This document shows positions 63,102 to 64,000 of a DNA stretch of 64,000 bases, in pieces. Location of the stretch: contig CAVSGI010000004.1 of the NCBI GenBank assembly GCA_963727445.1, forward strand, positions 1 through 64,000, given 5' to 3'. Each line of letters begins with the position of its first letter. Positions within the stretch are counted from its first letter, which is position 1. The stretch is from an uncultured delta proteobacterium. Lineage in GTDB: Bacteria; Myxococcota_A; Polyangia; Polyangiales; B10-G4. The translations under genes were made by a program, and so were the position numbers. The notes under the pieces are model-generated. The model saw only the letters and a list, made by a program, of their open reading frames with translations. It was not told where the DNA came from and did not search any database.

Positions 63102-64000
63102 GTGGCCCTTCCCCCCAATCCACTGCTCGTCATCCTCGGCCTCCTCCTCACGGGGTGTGTCGGTGCGATCGGTGACGCCGGAGCCACCGATGATGGGGAT
63201 GGGCCGGGTCCCGGCGGCGTTCTCACTCCGTCCGAGCGGAGCGAGGCCCAGCCCACGCGGCTCCGGCGCATCACGCACACCGAGTACGAGAACTCGGTCC
63301 GCGATCTCCTTGGCGTCGACGTCGACACGAAGGAGCGCTGGACGCCCGACGAAAAGCTCGGTGCGTTCTCCGTGAACCTCCACACGACCGTCGACGAGGT
63401 CCTCGGCGAGTCCCTCATCGAGGCCGGGGCCTTCGTGGCCGCCGAAGCAGCCGCAGATCCGAGCGCGTTCCTGCCGTGCGATCTCGCGGACGTCGACGAG
63501 GGTTGCATCGACGCGCTCCTCACCGACGTCGTCCCCCGCGCCTTCCGCCGACCCATCGACGACACGCTCCGCGCACAGCTCATGGACGTCTTCCGCTGGG
63601 GTCGCGATCACTACGATCCACAGACCGGCCTCGAGACGCTCATCGTCGCCATTCTCCAGGCACCCGAGTTCCTCTATCACCTCGAGATCGAAGGCGAAGA
63701 GATCGACACGCGGACCATCCTGCTGTCGCCCTTCGAGATCGCCGCCCGCCTCTCCTTCTTTCTCTGGCAGTCGGTTCCCGACGCGCAGCTCATCGAAGCG
63801 GCAGAGGCCGGGCTCCTGCACGACCCCGCAGAGGTCGAGTTCCAGGCGCGGCGCATGCTCGACGACCCGCGGGGCGAGGCCGCCTTCGTCGACTTCCATC
63901 GCCAGTGGCTCGGCGTCGAGGATCTCGAGGGCGTGAGCAAGAGCGCGGAGCTCTTCCCCGATTTCGACGAGGCCCTCGCCGCGTCGATGGCCACAGAGAC
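63102..64000 (+). CDS. DUF1587/DUF1595/DUF1592 myxobacterial lipoprotein (runs off the window end)
   Basis: Lipobox LLTGC, RLRRITHTEYENSVRDLLG, RAFRRP, LQAPEFLY and EIAARLSFFLWQSVPD. Confidence 0.92.
   Translation, partial: MALPPNPLLVILGLLLTGCVGAIGDAGATDDGDGPGPGGVLTPSERSEAQPTRLRRITHTEYENSVRDLLGVDVDTKERWTPDEKLGAFSVNLHTTVDEVLGESLIEAGAFVAAEAAADPSAFLPCDLADVDEGCIDALLTDVVPRAFRRPIDDTLRAQLMDVFRWGRDHYDPQTGLETLIVAILQAPEFLYHLEIEGEEIDTRTILLSPFEIAARLSFFLWQSVPDAQLIEAAEAGLLHDPAEVEFQARRMLDDPRGEAAFVDFHRQWLGVEDLEGVSKSAELFPDFDEALAASMATE

Overview
A very GC-rich chromosomal window from a myxobacterium (Myxococcota, probably Polyangiales). This assignment rests on Ser/Thr kinases, giant TPR proteins, a MYXO-CTERM protein and a DUF1587/1592 lipoprotein. 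About 12 single-base frameshifts fall in otherwise intact genes between 1.7 and 38.3 kb, which suggests an unpolished long-read sequence. There is an abrupt junction near 3.98 kb, where an N-terminally truncated Clp ATPase begins and Leu codon usage shifts. In order, the window holds: a 19-unit dyad-symmetric repeat array and an atypical tRNA-Phe; two kinases; a 14.5-kb coupled operon (two giant TPR proteins, nadD, DUF2520, acyltransferase, epimerase); hutH; an S9 peptidase; a FadL-like porin with a Cys/Met-rich lipoprotein; cysD and cysN (with a degenerate APS-kinase tail); metal transporters; a NAGPA/FG-GAP surface protein; riboflavin synthase; a YfhO plus two Thr-nucleophile sulfatase-like cluster; and accessory LRR and Cys-rich genes. 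The most unusual elements are non-coding. A composite element (a leader of up to ~276 bp plus an array of 51-bp hairpins) occurs at both 22.4-24.0 kb and 39.9-40.3 kb. There is also the 62/72-bp phased palindrome array, an 80-bp MITE/REPIN-like element that supplies a gene's stop codon, and an orphan Rpn-C-terminal-like micro-ORF. No cas genes, transposases or integrases were recognised. All protein assignments come from motif recognition by eye, not database searches.
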